From: Nitrospirota bacterium
GTDB taxonomy: Bacteria; Nitrospirota; Nitrospiria; Nitrospirales; Nitrospiraceae
Reading direction: 5' to 3'
Assembly (NCBI GenBank): GCA_963701855.1
Contig: CAVPBK010000004.1
Location: 64,001 to 128,000, forward strand
Length of the DNA stretch: 64,000 nucleotides
Shown piece by piece: positions 27,875 through 38,520 of the stretch (position 1 is the stretch's first letter; every line of letters starts with the position of its first letter). The notes beneath the pieces were generated by a model. That model was given only the letters and a program-made list of their open reading frames with translations, made no database searches and was not told the DNA's origin. A program made the translations under genes and the position numbers.

Positions 27875-30427
27875 TCAACTCACCGACCCCAAATCCAATT
27901 TCGATTTCCACCGCCGCAGCATCGTCTCTCGCAAGGCACGATACACCGGCGCATTCAGTTGTGGGTCCTGCTTCAAAAGCGCGAAAGCCTCCTGCCGCGC
28001 CTGCTGAAGCAGATCGGCATCCCGCACCAGGTTCGCGGCGCGAAACTCCGGCATGCCCCACTGCCGAAATCCAAAAAACTCACCAGGCCCACGAATGCGG
28101 AGATCTTCCTCAGCGATCACAAACCCGTCGGTCGACCGTACGAGCGCGTCCAGCCGCTCTCGGGCCGCCGATGGCTGTTCGCCGGCTGCTTTGGGCTTCG
28201 CCGATCGAAACAGCACTCCGCCCGAGGCCATCAGCAGACAATAGGACTGGTGTCCGCTTCGTCCAACGCGTCCGCGCAATTGGTGTAACTGCGCCAGCCC
28301 GAATCGCTCGGCATGCTCGATCATCATGACTGTGGCATTGGGCACATCCACCCCGACCTCCACCACCGTCGTCGAGACCAGAACCTGGACATCCCCCTTC
28401 TTATACGATGTCATGACCCGTTCTTTCTCTTCCGACTTCATCCGGCCATGCACAAGCCCGACGCGAAACTCAGCCAACTCCTCAGCTTGTAACTGTTCAG
28501 CGCCTTGCATGGCCGCTTGCAGATCGGTCTTCTCTGATTCCTCGACCAACGGATACACCACATAGGCCTGCCGGCCACTCCGCAGTTCGTCGCGGAGGAT
28601 CTGATAGGCCCGCCCACGTTGGCCGTCGCTTAAGAGAAATGTCCTCACCGGCTTTCGCCCCGGCGGCATCTGGTCGATCACCGAAACATCCAGATCCCCA
28701 TACACCGTCATGGCCAGCGTGCGTGGAATTGGTGTCGCAGTCAGCACCAGCACATCGGGCTTATAGCCTTTCTCGATGAGCGTCTTCCGTTGGAGAACGC
28801 CAAATCGATGTTGCTCATCCACCACCGCCAAGCCAAGTTTCGCGAAGGTGACGCCTTGCTGAATGATCGCATGGGTCCCAATCACGACTTGTGCAGTCCC
28901 TGAGGCCACCTGTCCGAGAATGGCTTTACGCGCTGCGGCGCGACCACCACCGCTCACGAGCACCACGGAAAGCCCGAGCGGTTCCAACAGACTTTTCATC
29001 GTCCGATAGTGTTGCTCGGCAAGAATTTCCGTCGGCGCCATCAATGCCGCCTGATAGCCCGATCCACAGGCCAGCACCATCGCCTGCACCGCCACGATGG
29101 TTTTGCCGGACCCGACATCGCCCTGCACTAGACGGTTCATCGGTTTGCGCGACGTCATGTCCGACAGAATCTCGCGGATCACCCGTGCTTGCGCCTCGGT
29201 CAACTGAAAAGGCAGTGCCCGGTCCAGCTTGCCGAGAAGTGGTGTCTTCGGATTGAACGACACCTGCTTGACCTCTTCCTTCATCACTCGTTGTCGCGAC
29301 GCCAAAGCGAGTTGGAGCACAAACAGTTCTTCGAACGCCAAGCGACGATGCGCCGGCGTGAGACCTCGATCGAGCTGTCCTCCATCCGTTCCTGACTGTG
29401 GAAAATGCACATCCTGAATGGCTTGTTGAATGGGCAGCAACCGATAGCGAGCACGAAGCGGAACCGGCAACACCTCCTGCGCCTCGGCAGCATGCACGTC
29501 CAGTAAACCTTTCATCAATGCGCGCATCTGCCGGGACGTCCACCCCTTGGTTTCGTGGTATACCGGAACGATCCGCCCCACGTGCAGCGGCGCTTCGGCT
29601 TCCACTCCCACCACTTCGTATTGCGCCACCTCCATCCTCGTAGCCACCCACCCCTGCGCGCCGGCCACCACCCGCCCGGTCAGCATGACGCTCGTCCCGA
29701 CGGTGAAAAGCTGTTCCAGAAACGGCTGATTAAAGAACACCGACTGGAGACGCCCGGTTGAATCCTCCACCACAATGTCGAGGATGGTGAGGCGGCGATT
29801 GCGGGCTCGTTTCGCCTCGCTTCGGACGATCGTGCCGCAGATCGAAGCCTGCACACCTGGCACCAGTTGCCCTATCGGGGTCATGACCGAGCGATCCTCA
29901 TAGCGCCAAGGGAGGGTCCATAGGGCATCCTCAACCGTCTCGATACCGAACCGTTGCAGCAGCAATGCGCGCTTCGGGCCGACTCCCTTCGCGAAACGAA
30001 TGGGCTGCTCCCACCATGCACGCGATGGGGTGTCGTTCATGGCAGGCACAGGCACTGCGATAGGCTCCGGCTCCTGCCAGTCCCTAGCCGAATCGTGAAC
30101 GGCCTTGCGCAAGACTCCAAGAATGACCGTGGCTTCCTGCAGCCGGCGCTGCTGGTCTTCTGCCGGGAGCCGCTGCTGGTCTTCAGGAAATAGCTCACGC
30201 AGCTGGAGCAACGCCGCTTCAATCGCTCGTGGATAGACGCGATCCGACAGGGCCTGCATCACCTGTGAGGAGACGAAACGATTCAGATTCTTGACGGTGG
30301 GCAGATGTGCGAACGCATCGCGTGTCGCGAATTCGATCGGACGCGCGACACGGTTCAGCCATTGCTGAAACTGTTCAGGGGGGTTGGGCTCGGAAGAGCG
30401 CCGTATCACAGTGGCGGATCGTATCAT
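27875..30427 (-). CDS. recG: ATP-dependent DNA helicase RecG
   Basis: QGDVGSGKT, DEQHRFG, TATPIPRT, QLRGRVGR, DLRIRGPGE. Confidence 0.97.
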   Translation of the reverse strand: MIRSATVIRRSSEPNPPEQFQQWLNRVARPIEFATRDAFAHLPTVKNLNRFVSSQVMQALSDRVYPRAIEAALLQLRELFPEDQQRLPAEDQQRRLQEATVILGVLRKAVHDSARDWQEPEPIAVPVPAMNDTPSRAWWEQPIRFAKGVGPKRALLLQRFGIETVEDALWTLPWRYEDRSVMTPIGQLVPGVQASICGTIVRSEAKRARNRRLTILDIVVEDSTGRLQSVFFNQPFLEQLFTVGTSVMLTGRVVAGAQGWVATRMEVAQYEVVGVEAEAPLHVGRIVPVYHETKGWTSRQMRALMKGLLDVHAAEAQEVLPVPLRARYRLLPIQQAIQDVHFPQSGTDGGQLDRGLTPAHRRLAFEELFVLQLALASRQRVMKEEVKQVSFNPKTPLLGKLDRALPFQLTEAQARVIREILSDMTSRKPMNRLVQGDVGSGKTIVAVQAMVLACGSGYQAALMAPTEILAEQHYRTMKSLLEPLGLSVVLVSGGGRAAARKAILGQVASGTAQVVIGTHAIIQQGVTFAKLGLAVVDEQHRFGVLQRKTLIEKGYKPDVLVLTATPIPRTLAMTVYGDLDVSVIDQMPPGRKPVRTFLLSDGQRGRAYQILRDELRSGRQAYVVYPLVEESEKTDLQAAMQGAEQLQAEELAEFRVGLVHGRMKSEEKERVMTSYKKGDVQVLVSTTVVEVGVDVPNATVMMIEHAERFGLAQLHQLRGRVGRSGHQSYCLLMASGGVLFRSAKPKAAGEQPSAARERLDALVRSTDGFVIAEEDLRIRGPGEFFGFRQWGMPEFRAANLVRDADLLQQARQEAFALLKQDPQLNAPVYRALRETMLRRWKSKLDLGSVS

Positions 30428-30454
30428 AGCCTCTTCTTCTCCTCAACGAGCAGG

Positions 30455-30511
30455 ACTGGTTTCTCTTGTTTGGTTGAACCAAATAAACCAGATAAACAAA
30501 ACAAATGAACC
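30455..30511. repeat. Nonamer palindromic microsatellite
   Basis: TGGTTTCTC/TTGTTTGGT facing CCAAATAAA/CCAGATAAA units. Confidence 0.55.
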
Positions 30512-30617
30512 GATTTCGCGTGTTTTCACACGGCCCGTCTCGCCTTTCGATTTGTCGACAATCCTTTGTTGCGCTTGCCTAGGGTGATACATTGAGTTTC
30601 ATCCTCATGGGGTCTGT

Positions 30618-32048
30618 ATGTACCGTCGCAATATTTTTCACATTTTATATCCTGTCGCCTGCCTCATCGGGCTGTTCGTCGTTTATCAAGCTTGGTTCAA
30701 ACCAACCTATCTGCCTACGCCGCCACCTGATCAGCCCAATGCCGTCGTGGAAATTCCACAAAACACGACGCCAGAACCGCAGCAAGATAGCCCGACGGAA
30801 TCGCAACCTAAACAAACTCGCCTGATCGATCCCAGCGTAGTCCCGAAAACGACGCATCACGAACTATTGGAGACAATCCGCGACGAGATCGAAAAAGGAA
30901 ATGTCAAAACAGCGGAGACTAAACTGGCGGATCTGCCGGCAGCCGTCGCAGACGACAACCGCACACGCCCCTATGTATCCATCCTCTGGAACAATCTGGG
31001 CATTCAACAGGAAAAGCATGGCGGGACCTCCGTTTCGATCAAGGCCTTCAAGAAAGCGGCATCACTCGATGCGAAGAATCCCGTCGTCCAATTGAACCTC
31101 GCCCATGCCTACTGGGAACTGCGCGATCCGGCCATGACGCAGGACTTTCTCGAACAGCTGGTCGCCCTGGCTCCAAGCGAGCCCTTCCCCCATCTGGCGC
31201 TGGCCGATCTCTTTCAGGACCGTGATCAGCTCGGCGAGGCAGCTCGCCATCTCGATCAAGCCACCGCCCTCGCAGGCAAAGACCCAGCGGTGCAATCCTA
31301 TCTGCGAACCGTTACGGCCAAAGTTCGTGGAACCGAGAAAAGCGAAGCGCAACTGATCAGCCGAAACAGTACGCACTTTACCGTGAAATTCGACGGGGAA
31401 GCCAATCAGGCGACTTGGGCCGTTGTGTTGGAGATTCTTGAAGAAGCCTATCGAGAGATCGGCCAAAAGTTCGGGCACTTTCCGACGAAAACCATCGTCG
31501 TCGTTCTGCACGCCAAGTCCACGTTTCAAAGTGCGACCGGTAGTCCTATGTGGGCCGATGGGCTTTTTGATCCCGTGCTCGGGCGCATCCAGGTTCCTGC
31601 GCAGGACGCCTTGGCAGACCGTGCCTGGCTCACACGAGTACTGCGACATGAGTTTGTACACGCCCTCCTGCACAACCAACTCGGCCCCGCCGGCAGCGCG
31701 ATCCCAACCTGGCTGAACGAAGGCTTGGCCATGGAATTGTCCGGAGATCGCTGGTCGGATCTCGACCAGATTATGAAGCAGGAGTTTACACTGATTCCTC
31801 TGCCGGCCTTGGAGGGGGGATGGGGAGGACTGTCCAGCGATGCCGCGACCGTGGCCTATCTGGAGGCGAACTCGGCTGTGCACTATCTAATCGACCACTA
31901 TGGCATGCCTCGGGTGCAAGAACTCCTCACGCAGCTCAGGGCGAGGCAAGCGCTCTCTGCCGCCATGCAATCGCAGCTCTCGATGTCGTACGAGCAATTC
32001 CAGGCCAGGTGGGTAGATCAGTTACAGGAGCACGGAAAGAAAGGTTAA
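30618..32048 (+). CDS. Membrane-anchored TPR plus peptidase MA family metalloprotease
   Basis: N-terminal TM, TPR helices, HEFVH zinc motif, PTWLNEGLA. Confidence 0.85.
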   Translation: MYRRNIFHILYPVACLIGLFVVYQAWFKPTYLPTPPPDQPNAVVEIPQNTTPEPQQDSPTESQPKQTRLIDPSVVPKTTHHELLETIRDEIEKGNVKTAETKLADLPAAVADDNRTRPYVSILWNNLGIQQEKHGGTSVSIKAFKKAASLDAKNPVVQLNLAHAYWELRDPAMTQDFLEQLVALAPSEPFPHLALADLFQDRDQLGEAARHLDQATALAGKDPAVQSYLRTVTAKVRGTEKSEAQLISRNSTHFTVKFDGEANQATWAVVLEILEEAYREIGQKFGHFPTKTIVVVLHAKSTFQSATGSPMWADGLFDPVLGRIQVPAQDALADRAWLTRVLRHEFVHALLHNQLGPAGSAIPTWLNEGLAMELSGDRWSDLDQIMKQEFTLIPLPALEGGWGGLSSDAATVAYLEANSAVHYLIDHYGMPRVQELLTQLRARQALSAAMQSQLSMSYEQFQARWVDQLQEHGKKG

Positions 32049-32141
32049 GGCTTAGGTCAAGGCTGAGATTGAAAAAGGCTGATCTTCACTCAACCTCGAC
32101 CTCAGCCTACCTCAAAAGCTGCGGCCTTCTTGAGCAGTCTG
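32043..32141. repeat. Hexamer palindromic array with a degenerate MITE end
   Basis: GGTTAA/GGCTTA/GGTCAA/GGCTGA facing TCAACC/TCGACC/TCAGCC; ends CTTCTTGAGCAGTCTG. Confidence 0.6.
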
Positions 32142-32142
32142 A

Positions 32143-33066
32143 TTAGATCACTTCCTTTGTTGTCTCCTCGATCTCCTCACCACGCCAGGCCGGCAAAATC
32201 TCGGCTGCATCATCGTACTCGACTGCTAAATCTGTCTCATCCCCAGTCGGCTCAATCGTATCTTCCCACAATATATTCTGGCCCTGATCATCCTTCATTC
32301 GGATGCGAAACTCGATCTGCTGAGATGGAGCCGCCAACCCCTCTGTCTGACCAACAATAGCCCTGTTAACACGCTCTGCCCGCGCAAACCTACCGGCCCC
32401 GGCTGAGAACTGATCGGTCCACATCAGCTGGCCGGTTTCTGAATCGACGGCTCGAAGGAAAAACTGGGGTTGACCGTCGATAGCGCTTTGGCTGTGGACC
32501 TGGGTCACTATCGCCTGTGGCGCAATAAGGCGGGCCGCAACTCGGTGAGTGGAATCAAATTCTTGATTGCCGGCACTGAGATTTAGGAGACCTTCCCAGA
32601 GAAACCGGCCTGTGGCTGCATCATAGACACGGAGCGTGAACGCTGAAAGTCCATCAGTCCCCGGGCCGACTCCCCCCGCAAAAATCCGCTCAAGCGGTTG
32701 ACTGCCCGCTGACGCTGCATCCTCTCTCACGTCCAAATCATACGTTTCCTCGGAGAGAATCTCACCGTTCTCGGCATCGTAGGTTTTTACGGTAATCGTC
32801 GATCTCTCAGCATTCTCATACCCAACACCAGCTGCCACGACTGTCCTGGGTTTTATCGGCGCGAGAGACGACAGATCGGCAGTCCAGGCTGTCAGCGGAA
32901 GGCCCGGACCGATCATGGCACATGCGATCAACCCAACGTAGAACGCCTTCCTCGCCCGTCCTTCAACCCACCGCTCCTGATACACCGGCACGAACTCACG
33001 CCCATTCGGCCTAAACCACCCTCGCACTTCGTCTATCGCCTCAACCAGCCATTGGATGATCGTCAT
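32143..33066 (-). CDS. Hypothetical membrane-associated/exported protein
   Basis: AAGGGGG RBS before ATG 33066; hydrophobic segment; repeated YDAxxG.xLW beta-propeller-like units. Confidence 0.7.
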   Translation of the reverse strand: MTIIQWLVEAIDEVRGWFRPNGREFVPVYQERWVEGRARKAFYVGLIACAMIGPGLPLTAWTADLSSLAPIKPRTVVAAGVGYENAERSTITVKTYDAENGEILSEETYDLDVREDAASAGSQPLERIFAGGVGPGTDGLSAFTLRVYDAATGRFLWEGLLNLSAGNQEFDSTHRVAARLIAPQAIVTQVHSQSAIDGQPQFFLRAVDSETGQLMWTDQFSAGAGRFARAERVNRAIVGQTEGLAAPSQQIEFRIRMKDDQGQNILWEDTIEPTGDETDLAVEYDDAAEILPAWRGEEIEETTKEVI

Positions 33067-33249
33067 GTGCAGATCCCCCTTGCTTAGGCTGGAGTCTCGC
33101 ATTGACGCTCTGTATCGTAAATTCCCCACTGTGGGGAGAAAACCCATCGAAAGAGGGGGTGAGAATGGGAAAGGTTCAAAGGCTGAAGTTCGAGGTTTTT
33201 GGAACATCGAACCAGGAACCTCAAACTTCGAACCGCACCTGTCGCGCAG

Positions 33250-33702
33250 CTACTTGGGTGGCAGCTTACAATTTGGTGTGCCGGGGTTCTCGAAAGGCCT
33301 TGCAAGCGGAACTGTGCCGAATATGGAATATCGATACCGGGCCACAAACCAATACAGCAGATAGCCGAAGGGTTTAACTAGTGGAAAGCTCAAGAGAACT
33401 GTGAGGACTCGTCCACCCTTAAGGCCAGGGAGGAGGGCCAGAAAGGCATCGAGCCCACGGGCGATCTCCCCGTTAGGGTGGACCAGGAAAGCGGCGTTGG
33501 GGCGACCTGGCTGATAGCTCTCCCCCAAGGCCTGCTTGGCCTCCTCGCTCTGATACGGAACCATCCGTACCGGGATAGCATCCGCATGAGTCTCCAGTCG
33601 CTCAAGACCCTGCTTGGCGGTGACACAGAGGCGGCATTGACCGTCGTAGACCAGAAGACAGGCCTGAGACACTCTGTCGGATGGATCTGCCATCTTTTTC
33701 AT
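33250..33702 (-). CDS. DCC1-like (DUF393) thiol-disulfide oxidoreductase family protein
   Basis: VYDGQCRLC motif; YWFVARYRYSIFG. Confidence 0.85.
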   Translation of the reverse strand: MKKMADPSDRVSQACLLVYDGQCRLCVTAKQGLERLETHADAIPVRMVPYQSEEAKQALGESYQPGRPNAAFLVHPNGEIARGLDAFLALLPGLKGGRVLTVLLSFPLVKPFGYLLYWFVARYRYSIFGTVPLARPFENPGTPNCKLPPK

Positions 33703-33721
33703 TTCTCACGCTCGTCTACTC

Positions 33722-33874
33722 ACCTGCACGCTTGGGACAAACTTGGTCTGTCTGGTCTATCTAGTTCATCTGGTTAGTTCATTCAATTCAACACACGAGA
33801 CTGACCAAATAGGCCAGATAGACCGAACAGGCCAAATGAACAAGACAGATTGGCAGGGCTTTTTCAGCATCCTG
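33722..33874. mobile_element. MITE-like element with nonamer cargo (type C), inverted relative to 16949
   Basis: CCTGCACGCTTGGGAC start; GGTCTGTCT/GGTCTATCT units; ends CTTTTTCAGCATCCTG. Confidence 0.65.
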
Positions 33875-33919
33875 CTCGTCCTATTGCTGTGTGAGGCAGA
33901 CGCAGGTATCATCCCGTCC

Positions 33920-34336
33920 ATGCGACACACTTGGACGATTATCGGTCTACTCGCGGGACTCTGCCTCATCGGAGCCAATACCACCCAAATGATACCGGCT
34001 GCGACGGAGGCCATCCGAGTCGGATGGATGCTGTATCTCCTCGCATTTCCTATCGCCCTCGCGGGCCTCGTGTGGATGGGATGGAGCTGGACCGCCATGG
34101 CCTGCGTCATTTATGGAACGGTGGGATTGGCCTTAGACCTTGCCACGATAACGAGCATCCTGGGTGGACAAGGCGAACCCGGCGCCTTGCTCCTCTTCAG
34201 TGTGATGAGCGGAACCGTGAACTTTTTACTGATCCTGTTCGGCGGGCGGGCGTTTTTTCATTCGTTCCAGGGGACCGCGCTTCCAGTATCCCGCCCTCCC
34301 AGTCCTCCGTCCCCTTCTTCATCCGCAAGACCTTGA
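33920..34336 (+). CDS. Small integral membrane protein
   Basis: Four hydrophobic segments; the longer ORF-track start lies inside the repeat. Confidence 0.65.
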   Translation: MRHTWTIIGLLAGLCLIGANTTQMIPAATEAIRVGWMLYLLAFPIALAGLVWMGWSWTAMACVIYGTVGLALDLATITSILGGQGEPGALLLFSVMSGTVNFLLILFGGRAFFHSFQGTALPVSRPPSPPSPSSSARP

Positions 34337-35273
34337 TCCGTTCGAATCCGGCATCCGTCAACCACGCCCTCGTCTCGGCTACCGAATAGGTATTGCCCCG
34401 CTCAGTGAACAACAACATTGAGACAGCAAAGAGACTCGCCTCTTCGGGAAACAGGCCGTCCCGCCCGTAGAGAAAGGCATCTTGAATCAGCAGGCGGCCT
34501 CCGGAATTCAATGAAGCCAACGCGCGCCGAAACAGCGCCTGATTGTCTTTCGGCGAATATATATGGAGCACGTTTGAATACCAGATGACATCGTAAGCGC
34601 CGGGAATGGCTTCTGTCAGCAAATCCAACGGTAGGTATGAGAGTCGCGGGCCAGCCTTGTGAGTTGAAGCAATCTCCTTTGCCACGTCGAGGGCTGCGGG
34701 ACGGTCGCACACCGTGGCACGGAGCGTGGCGTTCTTTGCAAGAAAGGCCATGGCATAGGTGCCGGGACCGCCGCCAAGATCGAGCAGGGTCCGCGTGCCA
34801 CGCAGGTCGATCTGAGCGGCAATCTTCGGAGCCGTCTCCAGAGTCCGGTGATGCATCGCCCATGTGAACCGGCGACGATAGTCCGGCTCCTCCGGTTCAT
34901 CGTGATCGAGCGGCAACCCATTCTTCACCGATTCCAGCAAGCGGCCCCAATCGGCCCAGTGACTCGTGATCAGCTGGAGATAGTCCCCCCGATAGGCCGG
35001 ATGATGGGCATTCAACGCCGTAGCGCCCAATCGGCTATTCCGATAGGTCTCTCCCTGCTTCTTCAGCAGGCCGGCCATCGCGAGATTCCGGCAGAAAATG
35101 GCCAGTCCCCGCTCACTCACTTTCATCTCACGAGCCAGATCAGGAATCGTCCAAGAGCCCGTTCCGACGGCCGTGAAGAGGTCCAGTTCGATGGCAGCGA
35201 TCAGGACCCGCGGCAACCGGTACGCCGTTATTGCATCGCGAAATTCGTCGAACGTGGCGATCTGTCTGTTCAC
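34197..35273 (-). CDS. O-methyltransferase (Methyltransf_2 type with dimerisation domain)
   Basis: AAIELDLF N-terminal domain; LDLGGGPG; SNVLH; GGRLLI. Confidence 0.88.
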   Translation of the reverse strand: MNRQIATFDEFRDAITAYRLPRVLIAAIELDLFTAVGTGSWTIPDLAREMKVSERGLAIFCRNLAMAGLLKKQGETYRNSRLGATALNAHHPAYRGDYLQLITSHWADWGRLLESVKNGLPLDHDEPEEPDYRRRFTWAMHHRTLETAPKIAAQIDLRGTRTLLDLGGGPGTYAMAFLAKNATLRATVCDRPAALDVAKEIASTHKAGPRLSYLPLDLLTEAIPGAYDVIWYSNVLHIYSPKDNQALFRRALASLNSGGRLLIQDAFLYGRDGLFPEEASLFAVSMLLFTERGNTYSVAETRAWLTDAGFERIKVLRMKKGTEDWEGGILEARSPGTNEKTPARRTGSVKSSRFRSSH

Positions 35274-35707
35274 CCGGCCACGCCAATCGTCTTCACACAC
35301 CAGCGCATCAGGTCCTGCAAGGCTGTGGGGTTTGTCAGGTCTACGTTCCGTTCGAAACGAGCGGCCACATAGTCATCGGTTATCTCTGTCTGTTCTGAAA
35401 AACCTGACTTCAACAGAACCGCACGGTATTTTGCGACTGCCGGTTGGATGTAATACTTGGCTTGCTTCGCGATCTCATCGGGACCAAGATCCTCAGGCGT
35501 CCCATCGGATAGCAACGCCATCACATCATCCAGTGCCATGCCATACTGGCAGAGCAGCAATCCATCCGGCGTCAACTCCAGCAGCCAGCCATCGGATCCA
35601 AGATCCATCGCCAGCGCACCGCCTGCTTCGAATTCCTGCAATTGGGGAAAAGCGGGAACCAGCGAGGCCTTGAGAGCAATCCACGCCTGCGAGGCTTCTT
35701 CACTCAT
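35270..35707 (-). CDS. Hypothetical protein
   Basis: 145-aa ORF overlapping both neighbours in an operon-like arrangement. Confidence 0.75.
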   Translation of the reverse strand: MSEEASQAWIALKASLVPAFPQLQEFEAGGALAMDLGSDGWLLELTPDGLLLCQYGMALDDVMALLSDGTPEDLGPDEIAKQAKYYIQPAVAKYRAVLLKSGFSEQTEITDDYVAARFERNVDLTNPTALQDLMRWCVKTIGVAG

Positions 35708-36528
35708 GTGTGTGCCTTTCTCGGAGGCGGCGCCCCATTCTGCCCAGCAAGACTGGCGTGCAAGACCGCCAACCGTTGAATATTTTCTTCAAGTTTAGGT
35801 AACTGGTATTTTCGATCCATATGCACCACCAGTTCAAGAAGATCCGCCGCCTCCCGTAGCTTGCCGGTCTCCTCATAACACTGGACCAACACATAACGAG
35901 CGCCGCCTGTCCGCAGCTCATCGCGTGCGCGCTCGGCAATGGATTGGCTGGTTTGGCAACAGGCAATCGCGTCGTCGTAGCGCTGCTGGAGCAAAAAGGT
36001 TCGACCGATCATGCGCCAGGCATCCGCCACGCCGCCTTCATTCCCCAACCGCCGCATTAGAACCAGCGACTGTTCATAGTATCCGATCGCCTGCTCGAAC
36101 TCTTTGGTTTCGCGCGCGACCAAACCAAGGTCCGAAAACAACACCGCTTTGCCTGCGTCATCCTGCGTCTTGCACATGAGGTCCAACGCTTCGAGATAGT
36201 AGGCCTTGGCGCGATCCCATTCGCCCGCATCGGCCCTGAGATTTCCCAAATTGCCCAACGTCGTCCCGATCCCCTTTTCATCCCCTAGAATCTTCTGGAG
36301 TTCCAACACCTCTTGATAGTAGGTCTGGGCCGATTCCCGACGCCCACTGACTGCACAAATGTTTCCAAGGTTTCCCAGCGTGGTGGCCAACGCCCGTTGA
36401 TCCCCGGTCAGCCGATCGCATTCCAACGCCTTCGCATAGCAGGTATAGGCATCGGTGTAGAGCCCGCGCGAAAAATGCTCGTTTCCCTGGCGATTGAGTT
36501 CTTCGGAAAGACCGTTGCGTAGCGTCAT
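35704..36528 (-). CDS. Tetratricopeptide repeat protein
   Basis: Repeated TLGNLG...A..YY..AL units. Confidence 0.9.
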   Translation of the reverse strand: MTLRNGLSEELNRQGNEHFSRGLYTDAYTCYAKALECDRLTGDQRALATTLGNLGNICAVSGRRESAQTYYQEVLELQKILGDEKGIGTTLGNLGNLRADAGEWDRAKAYYLEALDLMCKTQDDAGKAVLFSDLGLVARETKEFEQAIGYYEQSLVLMRRLGNEGGVADAWRMIGRTFLLQQRYDDAIACCQTSQSIAERARDELRTGGARYVLVQCYEETGKLREAADLLELVVHMDRKYQLPKLEENIQRLAVLHASLAGQNGAPPPRKAHT

Positions 36529-37127
36529 GATGCGGGCTGGAGCAATCGTTCGACCGCTTGCTTGGCGCCGGTGAGAATCGAGGCGCCGTCACCGACCAAC
36601 AGACTATCGAAATTGTACTTGAAGAGACGCCGCAATCCCTCTTGGGCCTTCCCCATATCGGCATACTTTTCAGCAGGCAGGAGACTGACGGAACCGGACG
36701 GCTTCCCGATCAACGCATCGCCGACAATCAGTACACCCTTCCCCTGCTGAACAAACAAAGCCGACTCACCGGGAGACTTCTGGTCTTTCAACTGAATCAC
36801 CCAGATCCCGCCCGTGAGCAATTCCCCGTCTTTGAACGTTTTGGTTGGCTTGAGATCCATCTGCGCTGCATCCGCCTCCGGCACCTGCAGTTGACAGCGC
36901 AGCTCGCCTTGGTACCTCGCCGCTTCGCGCGCATGATCGCGATTCGTCACGATGATGTAATCGACAGGTCCGTTGCGGAGAATCAGCGAACTCGCGTCGC
37001 CAGTCATTGGCGGAGGGTCTATCAGAATCTTATGCTCCCCGACCGTCAGAAAAAGCCCGTTGAAATCAAGCTGCTTCTCCTCAGAGAACCAGGACCATTG
37101 CCAAATGCCGGGAAGCAGGTTCTTCAT
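36525..37127 (-). CDS. Metallo-beta-lactamase-fold protein (degenerate metal motif)
   Basis: ILIDPP, IIVTNRDHAR, SPGE, LIVGDAL, LLVGDG. Confidence 0.75.
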   Translation of the reverse strand: MKNLLPGIWQWSWFSEEKQLDFNGLFLTVGEHKILIDPPPMTGDASSLILRNGPVDYIIVTNRDHAREAARYQGELRCQLQVPEADAAQMDLKPTKTFKDGELLTGGIWVIQLKDQKSPGESALFVQQGKGVLIVGDALIGKPSGSVSLLPAEKYADMGKAQEGLRRLFKYNFDSLLVGDGASILTGAKQAVERLLQPAS

Positions 37128-37136
37128 TGGATATGC

Positions 37137-37195
37137 AGGTTGAGACTCAGGCTAAGGCCGAGACTTCTCTGAGCCTCAGCCTTGACCTTAGCCTT
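37137..37195. repeat. Hexamer palindromic array
   Basis: AGGTTG/AGGCTA/AGGCCG facing TGAGCC/TCAGCC/TTGACC/TTAGCC. Confidence 0.6.
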
Positions 37196-37196
37196 C

Positions 37197-37445
37197 CTAA
37201 AGCGCCGCGACAGCATCCTTCACAACTTTCGTCACCTTCGCCAGAATGCTGGCTTCGTTGGGCAGATCGATGATGTCGTCTTCCGAGACTGTAATGAATT
37301 TCCGATTCGGCCCCTTCGTGAGGGAAATCAGAAACATGCTATTAGAAGGCGTCACAGGGATCACCACCTGCACAGCTCCATCAGTCCCCTTTACCACTTC
37401 TAAAAACTTCTGCTTTCCCTCTTCCATCTCGTCCATGCTCTCCAC
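37197..37445 (-). CDS. Small hypothetical protein
   Basis: About 80-aa ORF with RBS, co-oriented with neighbours. Confidence 0.7.
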   Translation of the reverse strand: MESMDEMEEGKQKFLEVVKGTDGAVQVVIPVTPSNSMFLISLTKGPNRKFITVSEDDIIDLPNEASILAKVTKVVKDAVAAL

Positions 37446-37477
37446 CTTCCTCTTCCACCAGGCAGGCGATCCTTTTC

Positions 37478-37573
37478 GCGGCAGTGGTCGGGTTGTCTCC
37501 TATTGCGCGCATCGACCGATCATCTTCTGAGGTGAGGGGTCTGCGAGTAGGGAGACGTCCCGACCGCTGCCGC
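37478..37573. repeat. Divergent family B hairpin
   Basis: GCGGCAGTGGTCGGG / CCCGACCGCTGCCGC arms; TGCGCGCATCGA...TCTGCGAG core remnants. Confidence 0.7.
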
Positions 37574-37575
37574 TC

Positions 37576-38106
37576 TTACATTTTACTTCCGCCGGCCAAC
37601 AACTTTTCGACTTCCGCCACAATCACCGCTTCACCCGCCAGATCCATATCGCCGACTCGCTGCCACCGGATCACACCCTGTTGATCGATCACATACACGT
37701 TAGGGATAAACTTCCCCCCGCCATACAATTTGTCCGTCACCTTGTTCGGATCCAGCAGGTAGGGATACGTGACTTTCACCGGAAAAGCAGACAAGAACTC
37801 GCCGACACTCTTTTTGGAGTCGCCGGAAGAATTGACGCCGAGCACTGCCACGTCCTTCCCTTTCGTCATCTCAGAAACTTTTTGGAGCGCCGTTCCCTGC
37901 ATCATACAGGGTTCGCAGATATGAAACAGTCCAAGCACCACGATTTTACCTTTATAGGTATCCAGCCCCAAGGTCTCACCGGTAATGGCCGTCAACGCAA
38001 ACGAGGGCGCCTTCTCACCCACCTTGAACAGTCCCGCGGCAAGCACCAGATGGGTCGCAAGAAGAGGGACCAGCAGTATCCCAAGGGCGACGATCATTCG
38101 TTTCAT
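37576..38106 (-). CDS. Exported redoxin (AhpC/TSA/TlpA-like)
   Basis: Signal peptide, VGEKAPSF, CEPC, PNVYVIDQQG. Confidence 0.88.
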   Translation of the reverse strand: MKRMIVALGILLVPLLATHLVLAAGLFKVGEKAPSFALTAITGETLGLDTYKGKIVVLGLFHICEPCMMQGTALQKVSEMTKGKDVAVLGVNSSGDSKKSVGEFLSAFPVKVTYPYLLDPNKVTDKLYGGGKFIPNVYVIDQQGVIRWQRVGDMDLAGEAVIVAEVEKLLAGGSKM

Positions 38107-38249
38107 CACGGCCTCCATTGCTTTAGAAGTCCTGAGTCCTGAGCGAGAAAACAATCAAACCAGCTCAGCTCTTCCTGACGCGCCATCCTACCATGCAGGT
38201 TTTTTCATGGGCAATGGCGGCAGGCGAGCGATCACTTACTACTTTACTA

Positions 38250-38518
38250 AGGGGTGGCTGGGATGATCCCAACTGCGCGCGATATTCCGCCCACCCTCAG
38301 TAGATTTCTTACCCACCCAACCCCCGGCTGCTTGCCAGCCGCTCACCTGAGACGCGCTTCATCCCAAGCGAGGGCCTTCCAATTCTCTATACCTCTCTCT
38401 AGGGGAGTAGCCAGGCTGCCCTCGACTGCGCGCATCGGACGAGCACAGTTTCATCGTGCGCGTTCTGCGAGCAAGGAGGGCGCCTGGCCGCTCCCCGCAC
38501 CTCTTTTTCAGCAGCCTG
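38250..38518. repeat. Composite repeat: family B hairpin (38402-38496) plus MITE end
   Basis: Conserved core in reverse orientation; TTTTTCAGCAGCCTG at 38504-38518; GGCTGGGATGATCCCAACT shared (inverted) with the 19990 element. Confidence 0.8.
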
Positions 38519-38520
38519 CG